DNA of 62,867 nt, filler included, from Octopus bimaculoides (lineage: Eukaryota), in assembly GCF_001194135.2 (NCBI RefSeq). It is 6 parts of 5 records of this genome, joined end to end, with 100 filler letters (N's around TTAATTAATTAA, not from the genome) between each part and the next. Parts side by side here need not be neighbours in the genome. Positions count along the whole stretch, not along the records: positions 1 to 23,747 come from NC_069002.1; 5 more parts are not named here. One strand, given 5' to 3'. The notes under the pieces were generated by a model, which did no database searches, was not told where the DNA came from, and saw only the letters and a program-made list of their open reading frames with translations. Both the position numbers and the translations under genes were made by a program. Below are positions 1-11,790 of this stretch, piece after piece; the first letter of the stretch is position 1, and the number at the start of each line of letters is the position of its first letter.

Positions 1-397
1 GGCTCCATGCCACACAGTGAAAAGGAATCAACAATGGCTGACTGAAAATGGGTTCAAAAAGCTTCCTTGGCCGAGTCAATCTCCTGACACGAACCCAATT
101 GAAAATCTTTGGAGCATACTAGATAGAGCTATACGAAAAACTCGACAGAAACCTAAATCTAAAGAGGAATTGTTTCGATTGTTGCGTGAAAAGTGGGCAG
201 AAATTCCACAAGAGACAATCACAAAGCTCATCAGTTCAATGCCAAAAAGAGTTTCTGAATTAAAGACTGCAAAGGGAATGTCAACTAAATACTAAAGTAT
301 GTAGTCCTACCTATCGATTACATTTCAATTGTTCGCTTTGCGTATTAAATAAAAGATTTTGAAAGTTAAAAGTGTCTTTTTACTCCCTGCATGTCTG
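1..397 (+). mobile_element. Tc1-family DNA transposon, 3' part (transposase C-terminus open from the window edge to stop at 295, probable right end ...CTG|TA)
   Basis: Frame 2..295 reads APCHTVK...WPSQSPDTNPIENLW...SMPKRV...KGMSTKY*, the DD34E C-terminal signature. AATAAA at 348-353; ends CTG (395-397) followed by TA. Confidence 0.9.
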
Positions 398-401
398 TAT
401 G

Positions 402-451
<50 letters not shown>

Positions 452-614
452 CTATATCAATGTAACATTACCGAAGTAACATTATCAGAATTAGCACAAA
501 GTGTCACTGTCCTCTCTATCACCCTTCCCTTTCTCTATTGACAAGGAATCTTGAGATAAAACTGAATAACGACATACATAGTAGAGTGTTACCTATCATA
601 TGATGTTAACTATA

Positions 615-1373
615 CTATAGGGCTTTCCTATAAGGTGTTATCCACCCCTGATTGGAACTTTCCCGTATGACATGTACGCATGCTCAGTGACTTGCTTTAA
701 CAGTTGCAATCAGCTGAATGCACATTGCCACTGACATTTGACATAATTACCCACACTCTGTGGTCAGGATTCTTTTTTTGGTTTGATGTCGGTATCGAAG
801 GGATTACCAGACACCGGACAATACAGTGAGAGCAGCTTTCACTCACATCGTGGTATTCGATGCTGTGTACGTGTCTGTCGTGGTAAAATATGCCACTCCT
901 TAACTGTTGCTTTGCTTTCATCCGTAGCACGAGGTAATTATGTCATTATCTGTGAAATTCGGCAACTTACAAAGATCTTTAGATCAGGCAATACTTCACC
1001 GAGAGGAGATATAAGCTTCTGCTTATTCCTGTCTGAAGTATCGTCCGATACTTNNNNNNNNNNNNNNNNNNNNNNNNNNNTTATCGTCCGATGAATTTAC
1101 TTTGTTGACATTCTTCATCGACAGAATTTTTATTCCTTTCAACCTTTCAGTCAAGTCCTCCTTTCTTCCGGTAACATACTGTCCATATAATCTTAAATAT
1201 TTCTTTAACTCAGGCCCAGTAAGTACTTCGATAGCTGAATCATCAAGCTGCTTTATATCCATGATAAGACGTAAAACAATAACAATGGCGTGGGTAGCCT
1301 CCGGAAGTTTAATTATCTACATGGAGCGCCGCCTAGCCAAGGGAGATAACCTACTTATAGGAAAGCCCTATAG
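615..1373 (-). mobile_element. Internally deleted TIR DNA transposon encoding SAP-domain and SWIM-finger fragments (ISL2EU/PIF-Harbinger-like, tentative)
   Basis: Perfect 22-bp inverted repeat: 613-634 TACTATAGGGCTTTCCTATAAG and 1354-1375. Minus ORF 1262-1023 has LTGPELKKYLRLYGQYVTGRKEDLTERL (SAP). ORF 930-697 ends HRVWVIMSNVSGNVHSADCNC (start of SWIM CxC). Confidence 0.75.
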
Positions 1374-1498
1374 TAATATCAATTAATAGCGTCTCTGATT
1401 TCAACCCTTGATAACATTAGTATCACACTTTTGAGGGTTTTATATGAACTGTCAAGTTTAGCCTGATTACCCCGTGCGTGTGTCTGTGGGTAAGTGTG

Positions 1499-1646
1499 AA
1501 TGTGTGGTAAGAAGTTTACTTCCCAACCACATGGTTCCAGGTTCAGACCCACTGCATGGCACTTAGGGCAACTGTCTTCAATTATAGCTTCTGTCCAACC
1601 AAAGCCTTGTGAGTGGATTTGGTAGACAGAAACTGAAAGAAAATCG

Positions 1647-1650
<4 letters not shown>
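1499..1650 (+). mobile_element. SINE family A (tRNA head + CORE-like segment), module A only
   Basis: Matches the consensus seen at 28709, 33790, 39172 and 62672; ends in (TG)n. Confidence 0.85.
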
Positions 1651-1727
<77 letters not shown>

Positions 1728-1746
1728 CGTGCGTGCATGTGTGTGT
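1649..1746. repeat. (TG)n microsatellite
   Basis: Direct reading. Confidence 0.95.
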
Positions 1747-2100
1747 GCGAGTATATTGGTTTATACGTGTATGTACGTATGTATGTATGTATGCATGTCG
1801 GGCTTCTGTATCGTTTCTGTCGACTGAATTTCTCTCACAAAATATTGATCAACACAAAGCAGTAGTGGGTGGGGGTGAAAAGCCATTTGCCCAATGTACC
1901 ACGCAAAAGAGGGGACCGAACTCAGTGCATCTATGTTACAAAGTCGACTTCTTAACCACAGAGCCATACCTTACTGCCATTGACAACTATAAACAACAGA
2001 TATGTATATAACATTCCACCTGATCACTTGGGCTATTTCCCGTTTGTAAGTAGGCTCTCAATCCTTTGCCTGCACATTTAAAATGTCATTCAGTAACGAA

Positions 2101-2343
2101 TACACACACACATATATATACCCACATACACACACATACGTACATATACACACATACATACTTACATATATCCATACATACATACATACATACATGCATA
2201 CATACATACATACATACATACATACATACATACATACTAGAGTTATCTATATATGACTTTATATGACGTTATATAGTTACCTATATATGACGTTAACTAT
2301 ACTAGGTATGATAATACTATTTATTAGCGTCTAACACTTTGAG

Positions 2344-2392
<49 letters not shown>

Positions 2393-2480
2393 TATATATA
2401 CAAAAATTCATACAAGTATATGTATATACATACATATAATACATAGAAACGCACATGCATACATATACACAGATAGATAA

Positions 2481-2519
<39 letters not shown>

Positions 2520-2702
2520 CATACATACATACATACATACAAACATATATATACATACATATATACATATAGATAGATACATACATACATACACACGCAC
2601 ATACATATATACATATAGATATATAGATAGATTCATACATACATACATATGCAGACACATACATACACATACATACACATGCACATACATGCATATATAG
2701 CT

Positions 2703-2761
<59 letters not shown>

Positions 2762-2841
2762 CATGCATACATACATACACACACATACATACGTACATGT
2801 ACACACACATATATACACACGCACACATAATACATGCATGC

Positions 2842-2884
<43 letters not shown>

Positions 2885-2901
2885 TGTGTGTGTGTGTGTG
2901 T
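2101..2901. repeat. Compound microsatellite block (CATA, CA, GATA, TG)
   Basis: Direct reading; source of several spurious ORFs. Confidence 0.95.
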
Positions 2902-4175
2902 ACACTACCGTCCATGCCTTACCCCATCATTTTCACTTTATATCCTCAAAAATATCCAAAATACTCCCTGCCTTATCTTATATAAATAATACAAACACTA
3001 GTCTCATTGAAAGACGTGAGGTGTCAGTATTTATCTGCTCAAACATATTGGCAATATTTTCTCTTTCCTCCAACTCAATTGCCCCCTTTTTTGTTATTGC
3101 TGTCGCTACAGCCGTTGTTTGTGTAGCCCTAGGTTCCTCCTAATCAAATAGAGGCATCATATGCTGTTAGTCTGTTACGCAGCTGCTAGATATGCCCTAC
3201 ATAGCTATTATGCAAGACGTACCGTGTCGAGCCGGCTTGACCGATGGCAGGGTCAGCACTCAAGTTATACTCCGTCGTGATAGCAACAAGATATAACGTT
3301 ACAATATCATCTGAAATGTCTGTTCGTCCTTCCTGTCCTTAAAGGTGACCAGATTGACAGCTTTACTCTTTTGGATCAATATTGTCATAAAACCTTCGAT
3401 TATAGTTGTGGACGGGAGGGCGAAATAGCAACAGAACTGCTGAAATACTCAAGGATCTGTCGGTGCTGAACACTTCTTCCTTTGCCCAAATAACGACCAC
3501 ATATCATGGGCCGCCGAATGTGTGAGTTTGTGATTGACAGCTTCCGGCTGTTGATCACATATTCACACATTGAGCGGCCTCGGGTATGTCATTGTCACTT
3601 CCCCACCATCACAGGACTTTCAAATATGTAAAGTCACACTGACATGCGTCAGATTTTTAAGATGAGGAAGAATTTCAGAAAAACTGTTGCACCCACTTTT
3701 ATTGTTCTTAAGACAGGTCGCTCTAGGCTGCACTGGTAACGTGTAATTCAGTAGGTGCCGTCGATTAGTTGGCAGCCAAACCGGTTGTCCTACTAAGCCG
3801 GCTTCGTAGGAAGGAAAGGTTTTCGTTGAACATCTTGTACGAAAAAAAGCAGAAAAATAAATATACCAGGTTCATCTGCCCCAGAGGTGGATGAATTCTG
3901 TTTTGAGGAGCTTGGTCTTATGCAAGAGCTTCCCTCACTTTAAAAAAGCTTCAGGCACTGGCAAGCCCATCTGTTGTCTAGCAGATTATACTTTTTTAAG
4001 CATTGACGGAGGAAGTCGACGCTGAAAGAAGTTCAGGAGTGGAGCCCTTACAGGCAGTAGAATGGTTGTGTCTCATTCTGGCAGCTCTTGCATCCAGCAC
4101 TTCTCAGTTGTTTACGAAATATCTTCCCACGGTACTTTGACAACTATTAATAGCAAGAGCTACCTTTCCTTATTG

Positions 4176-4510
4176 AAGATGCATGGTTCAGTGGTTAGAG
4201 CGTCAGGCTCACAATCAGGAGGTAGTGAGTTCGATTACCGGACCGATTACAGTGTGTTGTGTGCTTGAGAAAGACACTTTATTTCACATTGCTCCAGTTC
4301 ACTCAGCTGTAGAAAGGAGTTGCGATGTCGCTGGTGCCAAGCTGTATCGGTCCCTTTGCCTTTCCCTTGGACAACGTCGGCGGCATGGAGAGGGGAAGCT
4401 AGTATGCATGGACGACTGCTGGTCTTCCGTAAACAACCTTGTCCGGGCTTGTGTCTCAGAGGGGAACTTTCTAGGTGTAATCCCATTGTCATTCATGACC
4501 AAAGGGGGTT
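4176..4510 (+). mobile_element. tRNA-derived SINE family E (CORE-like centre)
   Basis: A-box TGGTTCAGTGG and B-box GAGTTCGATTACC, then GTGTTGTGTGCTTGAGAAAGACACTT. A related partial copy lies at 28315-28450. Confidence 0.75.
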
Positions 4511-4604
4511 TTATCTTTCCTTAACTTTTCTTTTCCTCATTCAATGTATAATGCATTGCCTCTAAATATGTCACAGGGCCAACGATTTTAAAAGAAACGA
4601 GGAT

Positions 4605-4925
4605 GAATCAATAAAACCGACTCCGGTATTTGACTAGTATTTCCTTTTACTAATCCTGCGAGAAGGAAAGGTAAAGTTGATTTCGGTGGAGTTTAAACTC
4701 AAAACTTTAATAAGTTAAAGGGCCGGTATACCGCAAAGTATTTTCTCCGACGCTCCAATGATATTTCAACATTTGTTCCAATGCTTTAAGTTCTGAGTTT
4801 AAAACCCGCCGAGGTCAGCTTTGCCTTTCACACCTTCGAGATCGTTAAATTAAAGTTACCTACAAGAGTCGTTGGTTTCGACTAAATCCCTCCTCTTAAA
4901 ATGGCTGGCCTTGTACCTAAATTCC
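4605..4925. mobile_element. Two degenerate SINE family C copies in opposite orientations
   Basis: Similar to family C (GTTCTGAGTT...GCCGAGGTC..CTTTGCCTTTCA); minus about 4605-4770, plus about 4785-4925. Confidence 0.55.
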
Positions 4926-5362
4926 AACCATCCATCCATTTCCCCCGTCCACAATTCCTGGGGAGGTCGTGGGGTTAGTTACTGTCTTCAGACACCTCAG
5001 CCATGGGGTCCCATCAGAAGAAACCGTCATTACACCTTAAAATTTGTCTCTACGCCCAGTCGTCTTTAGCTGGTCTTACCTCTGATTGAAGAAGATCACA
5101 GACAAGAGAGTGGGGTTGACGGTATGCAACTCTTCTTCGCTTTAAACAAAGTAACTGCGCAGTACATTAGTCATCTATAAGGATGACTAGATGGTCCTTG
5201 TCGCCCCGGCAGATGAACATGATCGTCAGCTCTTATATAACAATTAACGGCATAGATACAGCATGGATAATATTCCCCAGCGTGTACATCGTTGTCAGAG
5301 ACAAAATCGATTGAGGCTTCTTGCGAAACTTATTGTCTTTTCGTTGTGTCCTGAATGATCGA

Positions 5363-5782
5363 TGTATGTATGCATACAGGTAGGTAGGTACGTACGTACG
5401 TACGTACGTATGTAGATAGGTAGGTAGGTAGGTAGGTAGGTAGGTAGGTAGGTAGGTAGGTGGGTAGGTGGGTGATTAGTTAGGTAGATAGGTAGGTGTG
5501 TATGCATGTATTAATATTATATGTGTATATATATATATGTAGGTGTGTTTATGTGTATGTGTGAATGCGTGTATATGTGAATATATGCATGCATATATGT
5601 ATGTGTGTGTATGTACGTTTGTATGTGTGTGCATGTGTATGTGCACGTATGAGTGTAGCTATGTGTGTGTGCGTGTATGTTTGTATGTGTGTGCGCGTAT
5701 GCGTTTGTGTGTGCGTATGTGTGCGTGTGTGTTTGTGCGTGTTTGTGGTTGTGTGTGTATATGATTGCGTGCGTGTGTGTGT

Positions 5783-5829
<47 letters not shown>

Positions 5830-5830
5830 T
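5363..5830. repeat. Compound microsatellite (TACG, TAGG, TG)
   Basis: Direct reading. Confidence 0.95.
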
Positions 5831-6079
5831 GCGTACAGGATGCTCGGACTAAATTTGATGATTTTTTTGTCTCCCTTTTCATGCATCGGTGAGCAGTCAA
5901 TGGTGTTGGAGAGCATAAAGATTAAAAGTTCTAGTTGAGATGAGGTTAACTGACACGGAGGACTGGAAGTCTTACGAATATTAGAATAAAGTTACTTGAA
6001 TCATGATGATTCGTGGCCTGTTATTAAAATGCCGGCATTGTGACAGCTGCTCAATGCTCTGTGAACATTATAAAGGTCT

Positions 6080-6624
6080 ATAACACTAAAAAGGACCCCA
6101 AACTATGATGGCCTTTGGATGCGTCTCCAGTGAGAACAATGTCATGACGCCCCAGATCTTTGAAGAGGGCCTTTGGCTCAATTCAGACGGTTATGTGAAG
6201 CTACTGAAGGCTGTGGTGAAACCCTGATTGGAGAAGCTGGCTGCTAGAAAGTCATATGTCTGAGGTGGTTGTCGGAGAATTTCTACTTTACCAGCCCCAA
6301 TTTCTCAGAACTTCCACGACTGAAATTCCGTAGATTACTATATGTAGGTCACAGTTGAGAAAGACACCAACTGCTCTGCCAGCAACATCAGAGTCGATCT
6401 GGTGGCCAAGATCATGGGAGTGCTTGAAGATCTTCCTAGGAACACAATGAGAAACGTATGCGCCAGGTTCTAGAGCCGTCATGAGGCCGTGGTGGAAGCT
6501 ACTACCTTTCATCCATAATCTAGGTGATATTTTTTGAATTTTTAAAAGTACTTTTATTTTTGCGTGAGATAATGTATTTTCTTTCCTTTGTATGCAAACT
6601 ACCAAATTTAGCTCAAACATCCTG
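6080..6624 (+). mobile_element. Degenerate maT-type (DD37D) Tc1/mariner transposon, 3' part
   Basis: Conceptual translation MMAFGCVSSENNVMTPQIFEEGL...WLSENF...VCARF*SRHEAVVEA, homologous to 56549-57391; ends AAACATCCTG. Confidence 0.75.
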
Positions 6625-7174
6625 AATGTATGTATGTATGTATGTATGTATGTATGTATGCATGTATGTATGTATTTATATGTGTACATGTATGTTTTCT
6701 GTTTTTAGTTCTTTGAAATCTTCCTTTGGGGTAGGAGCTGGTTTCTAACAAAGATAAAAAGCTTTGTCATTGAAATATTAGTAACAAAAACAAATTCACG
6801 TTTTAAACGTGAGAAAAGTCTTGCATAATTGCACTGATCCACTTCATATTGTATTTTCTAATGAGCAAATTACTTGGTTGATTTCTTTTTCTGAAAACCT
6901 AGTTTAACCAGATCGTCACTTAAGCATTTTCTCGTGAAACCACAGTTATTTTTAGTATAAATGTGAATTCATAACCCGAATATAGGAGCTGGATATTTCG
7001 AAGCTGTAGTCCATAGTTTTCCTCGCTGTCTTTTGATTTTCAAAGAGATATTCACATTAACAGGGAAGTTGACCTCTTTTACAGTGCGTATGTCTTCTTG
7101 TCTGTCCCAAACAAAAACATTTCAATTTATTACGTTTAAACTTAGAATGAATAAGTGTACGTAACATTATGTAA

Positions 7175-7216
<42 letters not shown>

Positions 7217-7689
7217 NNNNNNNNNNNNNNNNNNNNNNNNNNNNNNNNNNNNNNNNNNNNNNNNNNNNNNNNNNNNNNNNNNNNNNNNNNNNNNNNNNNN
7301 NNNNNNNNNNNNNNNNNNNNNNNNNNNNNNNNNNNNNNNNNNNNNNNNNNNNNNNNNNATCAGATGCTGGTGTGTGTGTGTGTGAGTGTATCCGTCTACT
7401 ATTGAATGTGACCAATACAATAGCCAAGTCACCTACTACGACCAAGGACTTAAACAAAGACCGTTCTTAACCTAAACTAACTAATAACCTTGGCTTTTTA
7501 TCTTTCATCTTTTACTTGTTTCTTTCTAGGATTGTAGGCAACCCATCACACCTGGGTTGAGAAACAACAACGGCCAGTACCCGTTCCTTGATTACCTTTT
7601 AAACTATTCACTCTGTTGCAAGTATTCTGTCGAGTCTTTAGCCGGAAAATAACGTACCTTCCGAAAGTCCAAAAATCTCTGAAATAATG

Positions 7690-7862
7690 ATTTCAAATTT
7701 CGGCACAAGGCCAGCAATTTCGAGGAGGGGATAAGTCGATTACATGGACCCCACTGCTCATCTGGTACTTATTTTATCGACCCTGAAAGGACGTAAAGAC
7801 ACACGAAATACCGCTAAGCATTTCGCCTGGCGTACTAACGATTCTGCCAGCTCGCCGCCTTA
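7690..7862 (-). mobile_element. SINE family C (tRNA head + Meta-like domain), internally deleted
   Basis: Reverse complement begins GGCGGCGAGCTGGCAGAATCGTTAG. Confidence 0.85.
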
Positions 7863-7938
7863 AGTTGGAACAGATATTATTGTACCTCGGGAGGGTCATT
7901 ATGCCAATGATAAACACGTGCACTAGTTCCATTTCATT

Positions 7939-7970
7939 TATCATCATCATCATCATAATCGTCGTCGTCG

Positions 7971-8042
<72 letters not shown>
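7939..8042. repeat. (CAT)/(CGT)/(ATT)n trinucleotide tract
   Basis: Direct reading. Confidence 0.95.
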
Positions 8043-8043
<1 letters not shown>

Positions 8044-8044
8044 A

Positions 8045-8265
8045 GAAGGCGAGCTGTCAGAGTCGTTAGTACGATGGTCGAAATACTTAGCGATATATCG
8101 CTCGTCGCTATGTCCTGGGCTCAAATTCCGCCGAGGGCGACTTTGCCTTTCATCATTTCGTACTCTATAAAATCAAGTAACAGTCAAATACTGGGGTCGA
8201 TGTAATCGACTATCCCCTCCCCCAAATTTCAGGTCTTGTGCCTATAGTAGAAAGGATTATTATTA
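8045..8265 (+). mobile_element. SINE family C, near full length
   Basis: GGCGAGCTG..AGAGTCGTTAG head, GACTTTGCCTTTCATC..TTTCG core, GTGCCTATAGTAGAAAGGATTATT tail. Confidence 0.85.
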
Positions 8266-8284
8266 TCATTTTCATTATCATCTT

Positions 8285-9522
8285 CTTTCAAATCCGTTTC
8301 CATTTCTTGCCGATTGTCTTCCTGACACCTAGGGCAGAGAAACGTACTGTATACTCATCACTGAGTGTTTGATTCCGTCCCCTTCAAATACCCCTAAGTA
8401 TTTGTAGCTCACCACTGGTTCTAACTCCTTTATGATATTCTGCTGGTCACGATAAACATTGGATGTTTCTGTCATTTTTCCTTTGATAAAGGTAGCTTTT
8501 GCACATTTATCGAAGCCAAGTTGCATCTTGATGTCATCACTGAATTGTTTAACAATTGCTAGTAAGCCCTGTAGCTGTTGGTCATTTTTTGCAAAGAGCT
8601 TTGAATCATCCATGTAAGTGAGATGATTTATATTTTTATCAAACATTTTATAGCCTTATTGTACATCATCGAGCAATTTCGAGAGAGAGGTATTAAGGCT
8701 AGACAAAAGAGGAGTGATGATAGAGAGTAACCTTGGAAAATGCCACATGAAATTATTACCTCTCCAGGATTAAGAAATTCATTGTCAATGTTCAAAGTCA
8801 ACGTGGTTCTTCATGATCTCATACTTACAGACAAAAAGTTTCACAGAGTAGGTGCTATTTTATACATCTCCAAACATTTCTTAATCCAGCTACGTGGTAG
8901 ACTATCAAAAGCGTTTTTATAGTCTACCCAGGCTATCGATAAGTTTTTGTGTCGTTTGTGACAATCTTCCAAAATCATCTTATTGATGAGTAGCTCATCT
9001 TTACAACCATAGGACCCACGTTTACCTCCTTTTTGCTCATTAGGGAATATACCACTTTCTATTTTTAAAAAACTATCGGTATATTCAGTCAAGACAGACG
9101 TTAGCGTTTTATACATTGTTGTTAAGCAGGTTATCAGTCTATAATTTTTTGGTTAATTTTTCTTCATTTTTTGGAAGTAGGAATGTTACACCATTAACTA
9201 GCCAAGAGGGAATCATACTTGGTTGTTGCAAAACATTGTTGTAAAGTTTTGTTAGCAGTTCATGGCTCTCTGCGAAGGCATTCAACCAGAAGTTAGGAAT
9301 TTTATCCTTTCCTGGAGCCTTCCATTTGCTTGACCTCCTGAGAGCAGATCTTACATCCTCTACCTTGATACCCTCCTACTTTTGCTCTTCTAAGAAGTCT
9401 AAGTCTGTAGATATTCTATCAATCCAAGGGGCCTTTTCAGTGTATGTTTTATCTTCTGCTCAGATTTTATTCCAAAATTCCTGCACTTCTTCTTTTGATG
9501 GGACAGACTTTATTGTTACTGG

Positions 9523-9527
<5 letters not shown>
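8285..9527 (-). mobile_element. R4/Dong-clade non-LTR retrotransposon RT fragment (pseudogenised)
   Basis: Minus translation: KWKAPGKDKIPNFWL, YKTLTSVL, EQKGGKRGSYGCKDELLI, WVDYKNAFDS, GIFQG, LTYMDD, YKYLG. Abuts (ATT)n at 9527-9610. Confidence 0.9.
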
Positions 9528-9564
<37 letters not shown>

Positions 9565-10334
9565 TACTATTATTATTATTATTATTATTATTATGATGAT
9601 GATTATTATTACATTGGTTAACACTTAGCCAATTAACTAATCTAGTGTTTGATTAATCTGTTCGCTCAATCAATCAACTAGGTTTGTCAAACTCCTAATT
9701 GACCGAAAAATTAATCAAACAATCGAATTCTCAATTGGTTAAATGTTAACGAAATGAAAATGGTAACAACGATAACATCAACAACAATAACAATAACAAC
9801 AGCAACAATAATGAAAGAAGTGAAAAATAATCATTGTGTGTGCATATTGTTAACATAATAACCGTCCCGAGCAACAACAGGTTATGAAGGTGTCTAATGT
9901 TAAAAAATATCAATCACATTACATTAAAATTGCTAACACTGTCCCCTAACCGGACAAGTTCAGTATCATTATCACCAGATATGTGGACACAGTTTCTACA
10001 TCGTGGAGATTTTTTTTTACTCCGAATTCCTTTCAAAGTTCAACGACTGTTCTGAATTAATGGAGAGTTTTCGCTTGCCGTTTTATAACAACAACATTCC
10101 ATGTCGTATAACTTCGACTATTGTATCTCTTTTTTACAGAGGTGTACATTTTTTTCATTTTAAAAAAAAATTTTGACTTTTATTTTAGACAGTTCTGTGA
10201 GATGTGACAACATAAATATTCCACATTCAAATAAAAATACAAAACCAATAACAATATAACCATGAGTGAAAAAAAAAAGAAGAAAGAAGAAAAATCATCA
10301 ATCTAACACCAATTGCATCAATTGATCGCACACC

Positions 10335-10612
10335 ACAAGGCTCAAAGGAACCTATTGTAGCAAGCCAACGCGCTCGCAGCATTACCACGGGTGATGGCGA
10401 GACTAAGGCGTAGGAACAGTCAAGTACTATTTTGAGTATCCCCTGACACCACGATCATGACAAGAACTTCGCAGTTAGTGGCCCAGCCCCTCCAAACGAC
10501 TCAAACGTCAAAGGGTGAACAAAGTGGTTCACCGACAAGTCCCGATACTTCAAGACTTTGTTCTGTTCGGCTACTGAAGCAGTGACCCTCACGTTTATCG
10601 CAGTATCCGGGA
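10335..10612 (-). mobile_element. CRE-like non-LTR retrotransposon, restriction-like endonuclease C-terminal fragment
   Basis: ASVAEQNKVLKYRDL...HPLTFESFGGAG...LSLAITRGNA, matching the AExxKxxKY...PxxxExxG...RGNA pattern. Confidence 0.7.
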
Positions 10613-10632
10613 TGTGAGAGAGAGAGAGAGAG

Positions 10633-10702
<70 letters not shown>

Positions 10703-11511
10703 CAAAGGATTCATATAGACTGTGGTATCCCAGATGAGACACCTCATCTGAGCCAGGGAAAATTAAGACCATCTGGTCTCTTCACATCATTTCTAGATAA
10801 TCCCGCCGAATCCAGAACCGAGAGGATATTTACTCGAGTCAGGGCCATGTTTTGACTTGAAGTCATGTATAAAATGATTAGAGAGTGAAAGACACCCGTT
10901 AGACATTCAAAAACACGCAAAAACTGTCAATTTCATTTAAACATTCAGTGTTTGTTATATAGTGTCAAACTTTCCGTCACTATTTGTTATGTGTCAAAAT
11001 TTCCGTCATTGTTTGTTATATGGTGTCAAAATTTTCGACACTGTTTGTGATATGCTGTCAAAATTTTCGTCGCTGTTTCTCATCTGCTGTCAAAATTTTT
11101 GTCACTTTGTTATCTGGGGTCTAAATTTTCGTCCTTGTTTGTTTGTTGGTGTAAACATTTTCGTCACTGTTTGTTATCTAGTTTCAAAATTTTGGTTACT
11201 GTTTCTTACCTGGTGTCAGACACCATATAAGAAACAGTGACGAAAAGTTTGACACCATATAACAAATACTGAATGTTTAAGTGAAGTTAACAGATTTTGC
11301 GTGTTTCTGAATGTCTAGCGGGTGTCTTCCACTCTCTAATCGCTTTACACACGACCTCAGATCAAAACATGCCCCTGGCTCGGGTAAATAACTTCTCGGT
11401 TCTGGAGCCGGCGGGATTATCCAGAAGTGATGGTCTTAATCTATGCTTGGATTAGATGTAGGTGTCCCATCTGGTATGCTACAATCTATATGACTCCTTT
11501 GCTCTCTCTCA

Positions 11512-11790
11512 TTGCTGCGGTAAACGTGAGGGTCACTGCTTCAGTAGCCGAACAGAACAAAGTCTTCAAGTATCGGGATTTGTCGGTGAACCACTTTGTT
11601 CAGTCTTTGACGTCTGAGACATTTGGAAGGGCTGGGCAGCTCACTACGAAGTCCTTTTCATCGTTAGCGACTCGCCTGATCGTGCTGCTTGACCGAAAGA
11701 GTGCTTGACTGTTCCAACAATTTAGCATCACTATTGCCCGCGGTAATGCCACGAGCGTGTTGGCTTGCTTCAAGAGGTTCCGTTGCGCCC
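11512..11790 (+). mobile_element. Second CRE-like RLE fragment (inverted copy)
   Basis: ASVAEQNKVFKYRDL...SETFGRAG...FSITIARGNATSVL. Confidence 0.7.

Noticed and set aside
7501-7530. Strong-looking splice acceptor TCTTTTACTTGTTTCTTTCTAG
   Set aside because: Largely the reverse complement of the SINE B tail GAAACAAGTAAAAGA; no downstream donor or frame support.
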